Source of the DNA: Eledone cirrhosa
Lineage: Eukaryota
Assembly: GCA_964016885.1 (NCBI GenBank)
Contig: OZ024740.1
Location: 286,564,001-286,628,000, forward strand
Direction: 5' to 3'
Length of the DNA: 64,000 nt
Each line of letters begins with the position of its first letter. Position 1 is the stretch's first letter. The notes under the pieces were generated by a model. That model searched no databases and had not been told where the DNA came from. It was given only the letters and a program-made list of their open reading frames with translations. A program made the translations under genes and the position numbers. Of the stretch, positions 35,936 through 50,359 are shown one piece after another.

Positions 35936-38132
35936 TAATTTGGTGATTTTATGGACGTATATATATTTACTAGCTACTTTCCTTTTTTAAAAAAATTGCT
36001 ACTTTTTATGAATTTAATCTGGCAGACCTGTATTTGACTACTATTTCTAGCAGGCTACTGGCCATGCTAGAACTTGTGACAATGAGTGAGTCAAGTCTGC
36101 TTCTGCTTCCACTAGTCATTATCATGTCTGACTCCTACTCCACCCCCACCTCTATTTTTAGTATGACTTTCTCCTATCTTTTCCCAAACAACAGTTAACT
36201 TTGGTGATCACTGAGTAAAGGGATGGTAGCTAAGTACTTAAAGGGAAAAAACATAAGGACAACCAAATATCAGTCCAGTAACCAGATGTTTGAAGATTAT
36301 ACTAAAAAAGAGAACAGGATTCAGGGACATAACAGTAGTCACTGTATAGCATTAGACCTAATTTGAATCTTTCTAGACAAATGGTATTGTGTGTCTAGCC
36401 ATCAGCTGTCTCTTTATTTGCACATGGTTGTATTTATGTGTGTGTATAAGAGAAAAGAAGTGTGTGTGTGTCAGTGTAGTAATACATAAGGCATTATTGA
36501 CCAGCTTGTTTCTTACTTTCTACTGTTTTTAAAGGTCTCTCAAGCTCCACTCCATTCCCTCCTATATATATATGCTGTCATAATACTTTAACCTAGATTA
36601 GAATAGTCACTAGAATGGGTAAGCTGGTGATGATGATCTGCATTGGCATTGGCAGGAATCCTTTAGAAAATATAAACAAAAGTAATGTTGGTGTGCTGTA
36701 AGAAGTAGGAGTGAATGGTTTTTCATGCAGGGTACTTCAGTCAAAGACAAATTGGAGATGTTTTTTCTTCTTTCTTCTCAAGTCACACCATCATACTGCT
36801 TGTTTATATTTTATAACCTAGATTTTTTTTTCTCCAAACTGGAATCATTTTCAGTGTCTACTTGCTTGATTTGTTACTATTTTACCAGAAGACTAAAACA
36901 TATTGCCATTTTTCTCCTATACACATATGTGTGTGTGTGTGACAAATCACATACATACATGCACACATGCATATAACAACGGCAATTTATTTAATCACGA
37001 GCTGGTAGGATGAAGAATGTGTTAAATGCCAAATGAAATCATTCATCATTTCAAAACTTTGTTAATATATTTTAGTTTTCACTTCAACATATTTTCTCAA
37101 AATTATTATTTTCAATCTAATTATTTTCAATTTCAAATTCTATTATGTTTCTAAAAAAAAAAAAAAGATATGACAAACAAATTATATATCACTTTGAAAT
37201 CTTTTTCTATGTCATATTAGTGAAATTTTCCTAAGTCTAAATAGTATAAATTCTTTATCAGTGTGAATTCTGTGCATAACTTTATATTATTTATGTTTTT
37301 ACCTCTAATTTTTTCTTTTTGTTTTAAATTTAGATAAATTACAATCTTATATTCACAAAAAAAAAAATGTATAAATCTTTTGGGTTTCCCTCTGAGACCG
37401 ACATATATTTTCCAATGGAAAATGGACGATGACAATAGTGATATATATATATTTGTATGTACATACGTGTACACGTGCATACATACATGCATACATACAC
37501 ATTCATACAACCTACATACATACATGTCGGATTCACAATCATAAAGTTGTAGGTTTGATTCCTAGACTAGGCAACATGTGTTCTTGAGTGACACGCTTCA
37601 TTTTATGTTGCTTTTCATAATATGACTAGGGCCTTTGTCATTAAAACATTCTAGAAACCTCCCACCACATGCAACCTCTTAGGAAGCCAGCTAAACCTGC
37701 ATAGGGGTGAACTGCAAATTTCTTTTTCTTTTTTTCCATAATGTTTTTGTTTCCCTTGTACAAAAATACAAGAAATACTTAATACACTCTTATATTAGAA
37801 GTCTGGAGAATCTTATGTACATATACACGCACACATATGGAGTGGTGCAGTGGTGAACCTACTGTGAAGTTAATGCTACGTAAGCTTCAGGATCCCTAAC
37901 CTCCAGAGGAGCATCAGAAACAATTGTTGCCCTATTGTCAAATGTAGGTCTGCCATTGCATATATGTTATCCTAAAGGTTTCATGCAGCTAACCTTGTTT
38001 GATTGACTGTGCTCATCAGTGCCAATGTATTTTGTACAAAGCCCTTTCAAAATTGAATTAATAATTGCCATTTTGAGACTAATGCTTTCCTATGACGACA
38101 ATATATTCCTATCATATATATATATGTATATA

Positions 38133-38178
<46 letters not shown>

Positions 38179-41100
38179 TACTAAAAGTTATACATATATA
38201 TATATATATATATATATTAATACTAAAAGTTATACATATATATATATATACTAAAAGTTATATATATATATACTAATAATTATATAATGCATCTGGTTTT
38301 TATCCACCAAAAACTTGTTTAGTTACATTTGTTATCTGCTGCAAACATATTTCTGTATTAGGTCTGGACTAATTTTGTTTTTTGTTGTTTATTTTGATTT
38401 TTTTTTTTCAAGTCTCTGTGCAGCAGTCTGCTTGCAGTGATACTTGCTTCTTTATTAATGGAAAACAATATGCCAGAATGTATGGAGTATGGTTAGGGTT
38501 AAAAAAATGCATTTCTTCTTATTATTATCATCATCATCATCGTCATCATATACACATACACTTGTATAAAAATGAAGTGAAGCTTTTGTTGTCTTCATAA
38601 ATGCTGTCTGCTGAAGAGACCACGTTTTTTTTCTTGTGATTTTCCAGACTTATTATACACAAGAATGAAACAGCATCTCTTCCACATAAGGATTTTGTAG
38701 GCTGCCAGCAGCTACATCTTAGTATATAAATTAGAATAATATGAAATGGAATGTTTGTGTAACTGCATGTGTGTGTGTTGGTAAAATTGAGGGAGAGAGA
38801 GAGAAATTTGAGTGCACGCAAAAATGCATATTACTGTATTCAATATTCAAATATGACAAGAGAAACATGCTGGATTATGTTAATAAATAATATTTACGTT
38901 TTATTTTTTTATTTTTTTCTATTTTCATTCATTCTGTCTTCATTATTCATAAAAATAAACAGACTTTATTTTATTTTTTACTTTTGTTACTGATGAGAGT
39001 TGGTAGGCTGTTTTTTCTTAGTTGACTAGGGGAAAAAAAGGTTGAATGTTTTTTTTGTTTTTTTTTCTGTTTTAAGGAAGGTAGTGCTATGGACAGAAGC
39101 ATGGTTGAATGGTTACAAAGTTTGCTTCACATTCATGACATTCTAGATTCGATCCTACTGTGTGACATCTTGGGCAAATGTCTTTTACCATAACCTCAGT
39201 TCTATTCAAGCCTTCTGTGTGAAATTTGGTTGATGGGAACAATGACATGTAGTTGTGATTCTAATAGCTAGTCTTGTCACACACTGTGTTGTGCTGAATT
39301 TCCCTGAAAATTATACTAAGGGTACACATATCTGAGGAGTATTCAACCACCTACATGTTCAAAGAACAGGATAGGCCTATTCCATTGATTGAAGAACTGG
39401 AACACTCATTGTCAAAACCATAGGTCTATTTACTAATGGATGTTGGTTGAAGAGATGAAAGGACACACTTGTATATACATATTTAGACAAACATTGATTT
39501 TTTTTTTTTACTGAAGCAAACTTAAGTGTCCTCATGATATCTTTATTAAAGTAATCTATTTTAGGTTCATTACTTCAGCACTGATACATCTCTCTTTCTC
39601 TCCTTCTGTCTGTCTCCTTCTTTGTCAGAGAATGTCCAGTCATAATCAGTGTAAGCCTATAATCTCATACTAAGTTCTATTTTTCGTTTCATTTCTTTGA
39701 TTTATCGTTGGTCATCTATGTAAGTAGTTGCTACTTTGTAGCATCTTCTGATTGGTGATTTCAGTGATATGGTTTTTGACAAATTCTGGAAAATCCTCAG
39801 CATCATTATTATTTTACATCCACTTTCCATAATGGCATGAGTTGGATGGGTTGCCATGATAAGAGTCAGTTCTTATTCAGAGTTACTACCCTCCCTGGTG
39901 GATCAGAGGATAACGTCTCACTTGTACAATTTATTTGAAGTATAGTTTCTATGGCTAGATGCTTTTCTTAATCCCAACGATTTTACAGAGTGTACTGGGT
40001 GCAATTTATCATTACACCAACACCAGAAAGGTTATTAAGTTGTTGGCTAGTGTCTTCTTGGCCCTAGATTATTGCTGTTTGTTCACCAACTATTTTACAG
40101 TGTCAGCTAGGTGCATTTTATTGTGGCACAAGCACTAAAGGGGTTGGCATGTTTTCAACCAGTAACAAATCCTTTAAACCCTATATTGATTCCACTCATT
40201 TGCTAACCATACCAATAGATGTTGATATAGGTTTTTGATCTCCTCTTCATAATCATGATTTAATGAATTTTTGTGAAGCTTGTTTAGAGGATAAGTTATA
40301 TCCATGTTACAGTGCCTGTGGATATAGTACTAGTTCAAAGAATGTCAGTTGAGATACATGGGAAAATATTCTATCTCATAGCTGCTAGGATTGGGTTGTA
40401 GTTTGCTTGAAAAAAAGTTAGCCAAGATAGACTAGTATCTTATTCAGGTCAAGAATTGTCTCGTTTTTTTTTTATTACTTGCTTTAATTCCTTACTAAAA
40501 TTAGTGTAAGGGGGGTTATCTGTAAAATATATGTAGGAATTCAAGTTCCATCTACCATAACCTCAGGTTGACTAAAGCCTTATGACTGAAATTTGAGAGA
40601 AACTGTGTGGAGGGGATTGTTCCAGTTCTTTGAGTGTAATTTTTATCTGGCTCTTGGTTGTCTGTTGAAGTAACATAGCCAAGTAGATATAATGCCAGTT
40701 CAAAGGTCTTTAGTTGAAATTCGCTAAAACACTTTTTAAGCTGTGCACTTGACTTTATGTCTTACTGTGTTGCAAATATTAGGGCCATGTTTCTGGTCTA
40801 TAGAGAACTTCCTCACCACTCCCCCACCACCAGTTTTGGAGGTCCTGAAAAGAGTAGTGTGTGTTGCCTTATTCCTCTGACTAAGACTGGGTCTTATATA
40901 TCATTGGAAGTTGTACATCTTGTAAGCACTTTTCTCCTTGAAATGTACATATAACTTCTTGGTAGTTTTAGCTTTATATTCTTATCAACTATTTACTCTA
41001 AGATCTATTCTCTAAGCTCTTTTATCAAACATTCATGTCCTTTTAAAAATCACAACAAAATAAAAGTGATACAAAAGGGTGAAAAATATCTAAAAGTTAA

Positions 41101-43834
41101 AGTTAGATATTTTCTTGGCCTAGAGGCAAATCCAGCCAGAGCTTATCTCAGTTTTATATGATAGTAAGTGAATGAGAGTACAAGGCTTCTCTTTAGATGA
41201 GGTGTTAGTCCATTGAAAGGTTAATCTTCAGCTGCTGTTGCTGTTCAATTCTTTAGCTGAGTGGACTTGAGCAACATGAAATGAAGTACCTTGCTTAAGG
41301 AGATAACACACTACTTGGTCCAGGAATTGAACCCACAATTATATGATTGTGAGACCAAAACACTAACCACTATGTTACACTTCCTCACTAATGTCTAACA
41401 ACTTAAAGCTGTTTCTATTTTCATTGATAAACCTTTTTATTTGAGCATGTTCTTGTTTGTGGCTCACTTGTTTTTTAAACTGATTTCTGTGTGAAATAAT
41501 TGGACAGCCCAGAAGGAAAAAACAAATTGAAGGTCAAGGTTGTTTCTGAGAGAATTTGACAGACTGAATTGTTGATATTTAAGTTAATTGAGGCCAATTA
41601 TTGAAAGAACATGGTCACATTTTGTTACTGCAAATATCACTGAAGGATCTCAATAAGCAAACTGTTTCATTTCTTCTCAGTAACAATGTGTGTATGTCTT
41701 TACAATGCTTACATTTAACTTTTTATTGTCCATGTACAAGTGGTGAATGGTTATTATCATCATCACCGTTTAATATCCATTTTCCATGCTAGCATGGGTT
41801 ACAAGTTGTCTCATTCTGAGACAAGTGGAATCAGGTGACTATGTCTTGCTCATACAGAACTGTTTCTGGCTTAGTTTCTATGACTGGGTGTGCTTCCTAA
41901 CGCCAATCACATTTACAGGGTGGACTGGGTGCTTTTTGTCATGTCACCAACACGACCATACAGGGTGGTCTGGATGCTCTTTTGTTATGTCAACGACATG
42001 AGCACCTTACATCGTGGACTAGGGGTTTTTGTTGTGTCACCAGCAGGACTTCCTTACATGAAATTATATCTACATTCAGTCTGAATAAATGTGGTAGTAT
42101 AAGACAAAGTGTGTACTATCTCTAGTTATTTCAACAAACTGTTCAAAACTCTGCTAGTTTGGCCGCACACTCTATTGCCCACAAGGTAAACTCCTATGCC
42201 AAATGAATCATGTGTCTCCAATTATAGCCTTGTGAATTAAATTTGGCAGATGGAAACTATGTGGAAAGCCATCATGTATGGATATATATTTTATGTGTGT
42301 GTATATCAATCAGTTTTTGCATGTTTTCAAGTTGACACCATTTAAACAAGCAGTGCCTGTTTGATTATATCCTGCCAACTAATGGTTCAACAGGTGAAGA
42401 TCAGTATAAAATAAGTACAATAGCATCAGAAAGGGCTGATTCATGTTATCTTGTGCATGTATGTATATGTTTACACATGCATGTGCATTCTCACTTTCAG
42501 CATTTGTTTGTCTCTCTCTTCCTCTCTTAATTTTACCTTTCATTCAATCAGTATGTATATGCCTGCAACCTTATTATTTCTCTCTCTGTCTCTTACTCTC
42601 TCCCCTCTCTCTATACAATGTAGAGTGTGACATCTGACACCAGACCAACCAACACATCCCCATATTATTTCTTTCTCAAACATAAACAATAACTAAAACA
42701 CCCAGGAGATTTCTGTGGAATGGTAGTAATTTAAAATATTTAATCTTATGAATAAACAAATAAAACTTGAAAAGAAATGTGTGTGTGTGTGTGTGTGTTG
42801 TGTCTATATATATATATGTTTTTTTTTTTCTCGATCGACTTTCGTCAAATTGGACCGAGGAAACAATGTTTCCGTTGGTCTTTCCAATTTTCTAATACTA
42901 TCTATAGGTCGCAACTGCAGGTAGAAGGAACAATGTGAAATAAAGTGTCTTGCTCAAGGACATAACGCATTGCCCGGTCCAGGAATCGAACTGACGACCT
43001 CACGATTGCGAATCCAGTTCTCTAACCAATCAGCCACATGCCTTCACATGTGTGTGTGTGTGTGTGGCCCTAATGTATGGTTATAATAACTAAAGAAAGA
43101 GCCCACAATATGTAATCATAGAGGTAAATATACTATATGAATTTCTGAAAGTTGAAAAACAAAGTAAATCAACTTGCTTTGGGAAACTTGGAGTATTTAA
43201 GAAGGTATATGTCAGTTTGCCATGTATTTCATACAGCATAGTGTGCATGTGTGTGTATATATATATATATATGACCACACACACATATGCACACTAGTGG
43301 TCCCATACCATCAATAAAGACGGCAATAGCATTGAACAGTTTTAATGTTTGGTGTCCAAGATTGGTATGTCATATGGACAATCACACAATGATTTGCAAA
43401 AGAGAAACCCGATACTTTATGTTGATTACTGACACATAAAAAGGATGTTTTAATAATTTATTTCTAGGATATATAATTACATAAATGTATGAGTAATTTT
43501 GGAGAAATAACTATCATATTTACAAGGGAAAATGTAGGGTTAGAACCCAGGGCCTTGTGATTGGAAAGTGAACTTATTGTAACACATGGCTGAGATTGGG
43601 AATTCATTGTTTGTAAATTTTAAAGTTACAAACACGTGCGCACACACACACACATGTATATAATTGTATCATACCACACACATTTAAAGTGTTGTGTGTT
43701 CTACTTTTTAATCCTTTCATTCTTTGTTTTTCTTATATTTCTGTTTTGTTGTTATTGTTTAACCTTGGTTTAGCCTTGATTGATAGCTATCCTGAGTTTT
43801 TTCACACATTTTATCTAGGATAGCATTATCTCAT

Positions 43835-44003
43835 CAGTAGAGGGTCGGACGCCATGCTTTCCAGCATAGTTACGTCCCTTTACGATCTGAGTTCAAATCC
43901 CGCCGAGGTTGACTTTGCCTTTCATCCTTACGGGGTCGATAAAATAAAGTACCAGTAATGCACTGGATAATTGCTGGCCTTGTGCCTAAAGTAGAAACAA
44001 TTA
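43835..44003 (+). mobile_element. SINE family 1 copy with TSD attatctcat
   Basis: Near-consensus body, with the TSD on both sides. Confidence 0.9.
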
Positions 44004-45114
44004 TCTCATATGCCTTGCCTTTTATTTTTTTTTAAGATGGCCTGGTAATAATTTGAGGGAGATTTGGCTGCTATTTCTAGTTGAATGATCAATTATATAG
44101 AGGCTTCCTCATTGGTTCATTGGTGGGTTTGATAGTTCAGATAATACCAGTCAGGTGTAGTGGACTTCTGAAGTCATAAGAGCATCAAACAGGATGCCTT
44201 GCAGTATTTGTTTTCCCTCTTCATATTCTGAGTTCAAATCCTACTGTATTGTCCTGGGATGGTATAGACGTAATTCGTCACATGATTTAACCCCACCTGG
44301 CCCTTGGTTGTTGCATGCATTTAAGCCAGGTCTCTGATTTGGGGATACCATCCTTCCTCCCTCTCACCAAACTTGGATGCTTTGAAAAGGGTTATGGATA
44401 TTGTGCTTCCACCTGACTAATCAATAAAAAAGAAATAGATAACTATAGAAACTGGGTGGGTGGGGGGGAGTTGTCACTATTTCATTTAGAACAAATTAAT
44501 GATAACAGCAGATATGCCATTTGATCTGAGAAATTGGTAAGCAAGAGAGCAGAGGCTTTGTGGAACTTTATAGTTATGGAAATTAGGTGGGAAATTGGCA
44601 GAGTTGTTAGAATGTAAAGCAGTATGGTATTTATTCCAGTTCTCTGCATTCTTAATTAAATCCTGTTGAGATCAATTTTGCCTTTCATCTTTTTGTGGTC
44701 GATGAAATAAAGTGTCAATCCAAAGTGGTGGTTTGATGGAATTGCTAGAGCATTGCAGTATACATTCCAAATCTTTGTGTTCTGAGTTCAAATCCTGCTG
44801 AATGGAAAAAATACAGAAATTCTAATAAGTGAAAAAGCTTGGACATATTAGATAGTTGTTGTTTTTGTTGTTTATTGATGATGTTTATTAGTGATAAAAA
44901 GTGTCAGTTATCATTATTATGATTAAAACAATGGTGTTTTTGTTTCTCTTTTTGTCTAGAATACAATTGAAGTCTCTAGTGGTCAGTTTATAGTTATGTC
45001 CAAAAGGAAAATGCTAAAACACTGACCAAGTTGATCTACCCAGTCTTATGGTATAAAGTTTTTACTCTATGGTAAGTAGCAGAACATTTTCAGTTTTGTA
45101 TTTGTTTGACAAAG

Positions 45115-45272
45115 ACTTTTCATTTATTTTGTGGTGTCAACATTTTTGTTACTCCCTCTGCAACCTGAACAATGACACAATTCCACTGCAACTCAGTGCA
45201 GTGGAATTATATTAGTAACCAGGTTGCAGAGAGTGTAATGAAAATTTTGACATCACAAAATAAATGAAAAGT
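45115..45272. repeat. 158-bp imperfect palindrome (76-bp arms, 6-nt loop)
   Basis: The arms align without gaps, with 13 mismatches by manual comparison. Confidence 0.92.
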
Positions 45273-45549
45273 AAATATAGCAGAAGAATTGCTTATTTAT
45301 TTCAAGCATTAAAAAAAATTAATTGATTTTCTATATTTCACTTTTTACATTTTTTCTTATCTAACAATTTGATGTTTTTGTTGCTGTTGCTTAGCATCAA
45401 GTTATTCCTGATTGAACAGACCCATGATCAAACATGCTTGACTTTTTCATAATTTCTTAATTTATTCAATCAGTTGGAAATTACTTTGATTAAACTTTTC
45501 TTTTTAAACATTTTGCCAAAAAATGCTTTTATTTTCTGGACAGCCTAAT

Positions 45550-45738
45550 AATTGTTTCTACTTTTGGCACAGGGCCAACAATTACTCCAGTGCATTACTG
45601 GTACTTTATTTTATCAACCTCATAAGGATGAAAGGCAAAGTTAACCTCTGTGGAATTTGAACTCAGATCGTAAAGGACGTAACTCTATGCTACAAAACAG
45701 TATCTGACCCTCTACTGATACTGCCAATCCACCGCCCT
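45550..45738 (-). mobile_element. SINE family 1 copy with TSD acagcctaataat
   Basis: Family body; the TSD occurs at about 45540 and 45741. Confidence 0.9.
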
Positions 45739-46303
45739 GTACAGCCTAATAATATACCTAAGACAGAACACATTCTCCAGTGTGAAGTTTTTGAGACAGT
45801 AAGTTGTGATTTGAGAGAGATTTGGCTGCTATTTCTACAAAGTCAAATGGTTACATAGTGGCTCCCTAATTGTCTCAGTGAGTGTTGTATATTCGTGTAG
45901 ATTCAAATATTTACGACAGTTATTGCAGCATGTAGTTGTGGCTATGCTGGGGTATAGCCACAACTGAATGACTGAAACCAGTAAGATTATTGTATTTCCT
46001 TGTGACAGACTACTCATTGTACTGCATGTATGGTCCTGTAACTCCTGGGGGAGTCATAGGGGCGCCATATTGACACACGGCATTTCTTAGGGTATTTTGA
46101 AACCTGGCAGAGCCCGTTTCCTCTCCAGGTCTGAATACAGCAGATTTCTTCCAGAGAAGGATAGAGAGTGAGAGAATAGAAGTGAGAAAGAGATAGAAGA
46201 ATTGACCCCAGTATTTGGCTGGTACTTTTTTTATTGACTTCGAATGGATGAAAGACAAAGTTGATCTCAGCTGGATTTAAACTCAGAGAGCAGAGAGTTG
46301 GAA

Positions 46304-46652
46304 TCATTTCATCATTTCATCATTTCATTTTACATCCACTTTTTCCCTGCTTCCAAGGGTGGGATGGGAACTGATTCTGGCTTAATTTCTACAGTTGGAT
46401 GCCCTTCCTAACACCAACCTCATTTACAGTGAGTGCTGGGTGCTTTTTTGCCGAGGGCACCTCCACGACCACTTTGCAGTGGAATGATAGGGACCCCAGT
46501 CCCTATCATCTCATTTCTACAGCTGAGTAAAAACTGGAGCAATGTGAAATAAAGTGTCTTGCTCAAGGAAACAACACATCACCCAGTCTGAGAATTGAAC
46601 TCAACCTTTCGATTGCAAGGCCAATGCTCTAACCACTAAGCCATGTGCCTCC
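46304..46652 (-). mobile_element. Composite SINE (tRNA head, CORE-like domain, hairpin, RTE tail), copy 1
   Basis: Near-identical reverse complement of 48807-49145. Confidence 0.9.
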
Positions 46653-47476
46653 ATAAACAATACAAAGCACTCTATCTGACATTTTAATACCTTTGCCAAT
46701 TTGGTGCCTTACTCATTGGTATTAATAGAAGGATACAGTGAAAGGCTACATGTAAGTTATTGGCTTTGTGCACCATTTTAAAGAAGCTATTTTTAAACTT
46801 TCAAATCTAAAGTATTTCCAAAACATCTTTACCCATTTCCTTTTGACTTGAATTGAATAATGTTTAAAATTTGAATATTTGCATAAATTGTGAGCAGCAG
46901 ATAATTTTTAACTGGATCGTAAATTGTAAACCGCCTGGAGCCAAGTGAACTACTTAATGTTAACCACTCAACTGTGAAATCAGAATGGTAAAGCTTGAAT
47001 AAATTGATGAAAATCTTGTAGCTTGCTTAAAGTCACATTATAATAACTGTAGTTGTTGTTTAGTGATGGCCAACCCTGATTGATCATGCCTTTGAGTAAA
47101 AGCATTCTGGCCATGACCATCCCATCATTTTAGAGATATGCAGGACTGCATTAGCTATTTAAAAATCTGAGATAGATTTAATGTAGGATTACCTCCAGTT
47201 TAAATTCTAAACCTCAACGTGAAAATATAAACAAATCTAAATAGATTATTATTCCTTTCACACACAGAAAAATATTAGAATTGATTTTCTAATATATGCT
47301 GTGTTGTACACAAATATGTATTATTTAATTAATCATGTCACCAATGAATGCAGGAGTGTGCAATTAAACTGGCTATTTTAGATGAATCTTGATATGTGCT
47401 TGTTATAAATAATTCTTTGCTATAGTACTTTTTGCAGACAGAAAGTTATGGTACTTTTTCTGTATATGAAGGGGAT

Positions 47477-48123
47477 AATAATTGTTTCTACTTTTGGCTC
47501 AAGGCCAGCAATTACCTCAGTGCATTGCTGTTACTTTATTTTATCGACCCTGTAAGGATGAAAGGCAAAGGTAACCCTATGCTACAAAGTATGGTGTCCA
47601 ACCCTTTACCGATACTGCCAATCCACCGCCCTGAAGGGAATAATAATGTATTTACATTTGTTTACATTTCACAGTGAGGCTTTCATCTAAATTATAAGTA
47701 TTCTTACATTAAGCACTATTGAATAGAGAGTCATGCCAAGGATAAGGAAACATCTGTAGTGCTAGTGCCATAATACTTTTTGTAAAGTGGTTGATGTTAG
47801 GAAAAGCATCCAGCTGTAGAAACCATGTCAAAAATTAGAATGCATGAGAAAGACATGGTCCCTAATCCATTTAGAAAGGCAGTAACTGAATAAGAACCGA
47901 CCCCATCTGTGACGAACTGTCTAACCCATGTCAACATAGAAAGGGGATGTAAGATGAAGATAATTGTTTCTACTTTAGGCACAAGGCCAGCAATTACCCA
48001 GTGCATTACTGGTACTTTATTTTATCGACCCCGTAAGGATGAAAGGCAAAGTCAACCTCGGCGGGATTTGAACTCAGATCGTAAAGCATGGCGTCCGACC
48101 CTCTACCGATACTGCCAATCCAC
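47477..48123 (-). mobile_element. Two internally deleted SINE family 1 copies (47477-47631 and 47959-48123) flanking an RTE-type tail fragment
   Basis: Family body; TSDs tgaagggRataataat and atgaagataat. Confidence 0.85.
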
Positions 48124-48734
48124 ATGAAGATAATGACCATTATCATCATATATATATTTCTCTTTGTCCATCATTTTCTCTATCTTTCAGTCTCTCTGTC
48201 TCCTTCCGCCTCTTTAACTTGAAATTTTGAACACTAAAAATAGTGAGATTATATATGTTAGGACTGTTAAATCTTTTTAGTGTCTCACAAGCTCTTTTTG
48301 ATTACCAATTGTAAGGAGTACTCCGATATTCCCCCCGAGTCTATCATGGCTTACTAGTTCTATACTGACATTTAAATTGATTAAATAAATAAATAAATAA
48401 ATAGAACAGATGTACCACCATACAATATTTTTCTAACATTTCCTATTACACATGTCTGAATTTGAAATCTAGAAAATTATGTTAGTAATATGAAATGTAT
48501 GTAAACATTTAGGTTTAGTGTATATATGTAAAGTACATGTATATCTGTAAAATATTGTATGTATGTGTGTGTGTTGAACGACAATTGAGGATACATCTGA
48601 AGAATGTTGAAAGTTAATTAACTTACCTAGTGATATCTAAAAAAAATTTCTAAATTTATATATAAACAGGCACATAACTGATACTGTACATGTAGACATG
48701 ATAAAAGTATTAACAGCAACAATTACGTCCATTG

Positions 48735-48806
<72 letters not shown>

Positions 48807-48810
<4 letters not shown>

Positions 48811-49145
48811 CACATGGCTTAGTGATTAGAGCATTGACCCTGCAATCGAAAGGTTGTAAGTTCAATTCTCAGACCGGGTGATGTGTTGTTTCCTTGAGCA
48901 AGACACTTTATTTCACATTGCTCCAGTTTACTCAGCTGTAGAAATGAGATGATAGGGACTGGGGTCCCTATCATTCCACTGCAAAGTGGTCGTGGAGGTG
49001 CCACGGCAAAAAAAGCACCCAGCACTCACTGTAAATGAGGTTGGTGTTAGGAAGGGCATCCAGCTGTAAAAATCAAGCCAGAATCAGTTCCCGTCCCACC
49101 CTTGCAAGCAGGGAAAAGCGGACGTAAAATGATGATGATGATGAT
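48807..49145 (+). mobile_element. Composite SINE, copy 2
   Basis: A-box tggcttagtgattag, B-box gttcaattc, CORE-like tccttgagcaagacactttatttcac, an 11-bp perfect hairpin at 48949-48974, and a 3' end identical to the RTE tail at about 5135-5180. Confidence 0.92.
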
Positions 49146-49148
49146 ATA

Positions 49149-49225
49149 CAGGGTGTCCCAAAAAAATGTATACATACTTCAACAGCATTCTAATAAGTCT
49201 GTATATATTTTTGGGGGACACCCTG
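49149..49225. mobile_element. Tc1/mariner-type mini-MITE
   Basis: TIRs cagggtgtccc(a)aaaaa..tatac / gtata..ttttt(g)gggacaccctg. TA on the left, TG (probably a mutated TA) on the right. Confidence 0.85.
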
Positions 49226-49236
49226 TGTATATACAT

Positions 49237-49293
<57 letters not shown>

Positions 49294-49422
49294 TTCCTAA
49301 CTTGTGCAGGTGGGCTTTCAATGGTTTCTTTCTTAACTATCTGGCATATTGATGTCTGTTCATTCTTCTTTTTTGTAAAAGTTTTATTTGCTAAAATTTC
49401 CCCTTAGAATTGTGTGTGTGTG

Positions 49423-49464
<42 letters not shown>

Positions 49465-50359
49465 ACCATCTGGAATGTTGCCCAACTTCCAATTTGGCTG
49501 GATTAGGTTCAATGATTAAATAAAGAGTGATTGTAACGGCAATAAGATTTTTTTTCTATTATGCAGTAAAAGACTTTGGAATTCCAAAGAATTTTTTTCT
49601 CTAATAGTAATAGTAATAATGATAATAATAATAATAATAATAATAATTATTATTATTATTATTATTATTATTAGCTTCATTATCATCATCATTAATCGTA
49701 GTAGTTACATCACCATCATTATTATTATCATTGTTGTTATTTCTACTCATTATTTTTACTCCCAAGGGAAATTTCCGCAGGGTTTTTTTTAATGAAGTAA
49801 AAGAAAGGAATTATTAAAAAAAAAATTAAATTAAGGAATTTAAAAAAAGTTAAAATATTAGCAAAAATATCTGATACATCATTGGAAATGATAGGAAATG
49901 GATTTTTTTTTTTCTTCTATAAATTACAATGTTTCCACATTTCCAACTTTAGTGAATATTTTGGCAAATTAGTCTTAGAGCTTACCTACTTTCTTGGCTT
50001 CATTAGCTGCTTCACCGGAATATTTTTTTAACATTGTTTCCACTTGCTATTATTATTATTGAATATTTCATGTTATGCTTAAGGTGCTATTTTATCCATA
50101 ATGGATGTTGCATTACTTTCAATAGTTGATAAAATCCATAATGAAGCTTGAAAGTTATATGCAAATGAGAGAATTTTACATTTTTACTTGGTTTTATATT
50201 GTTTACTATCTGTGTATCTGGTGTAAAAACAGATATCTGGAAATTTTGATTAAAATGTGCTCTGAATGTGGTTACTCTTGTTGTTATGAATTTGACAACA
50301 CTAGTTGTTAAATGTTGTCTGAATTTCTGAGATGAAGAATTATCATTATTATAAGTGAC

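Noticed and set aside
38413-38491. Possible plus-strand coding exon after a T-rich tract
   Set aside because: The acceptor is AAG and the donor is weak; no recognisable protein similarity and no partner exons.
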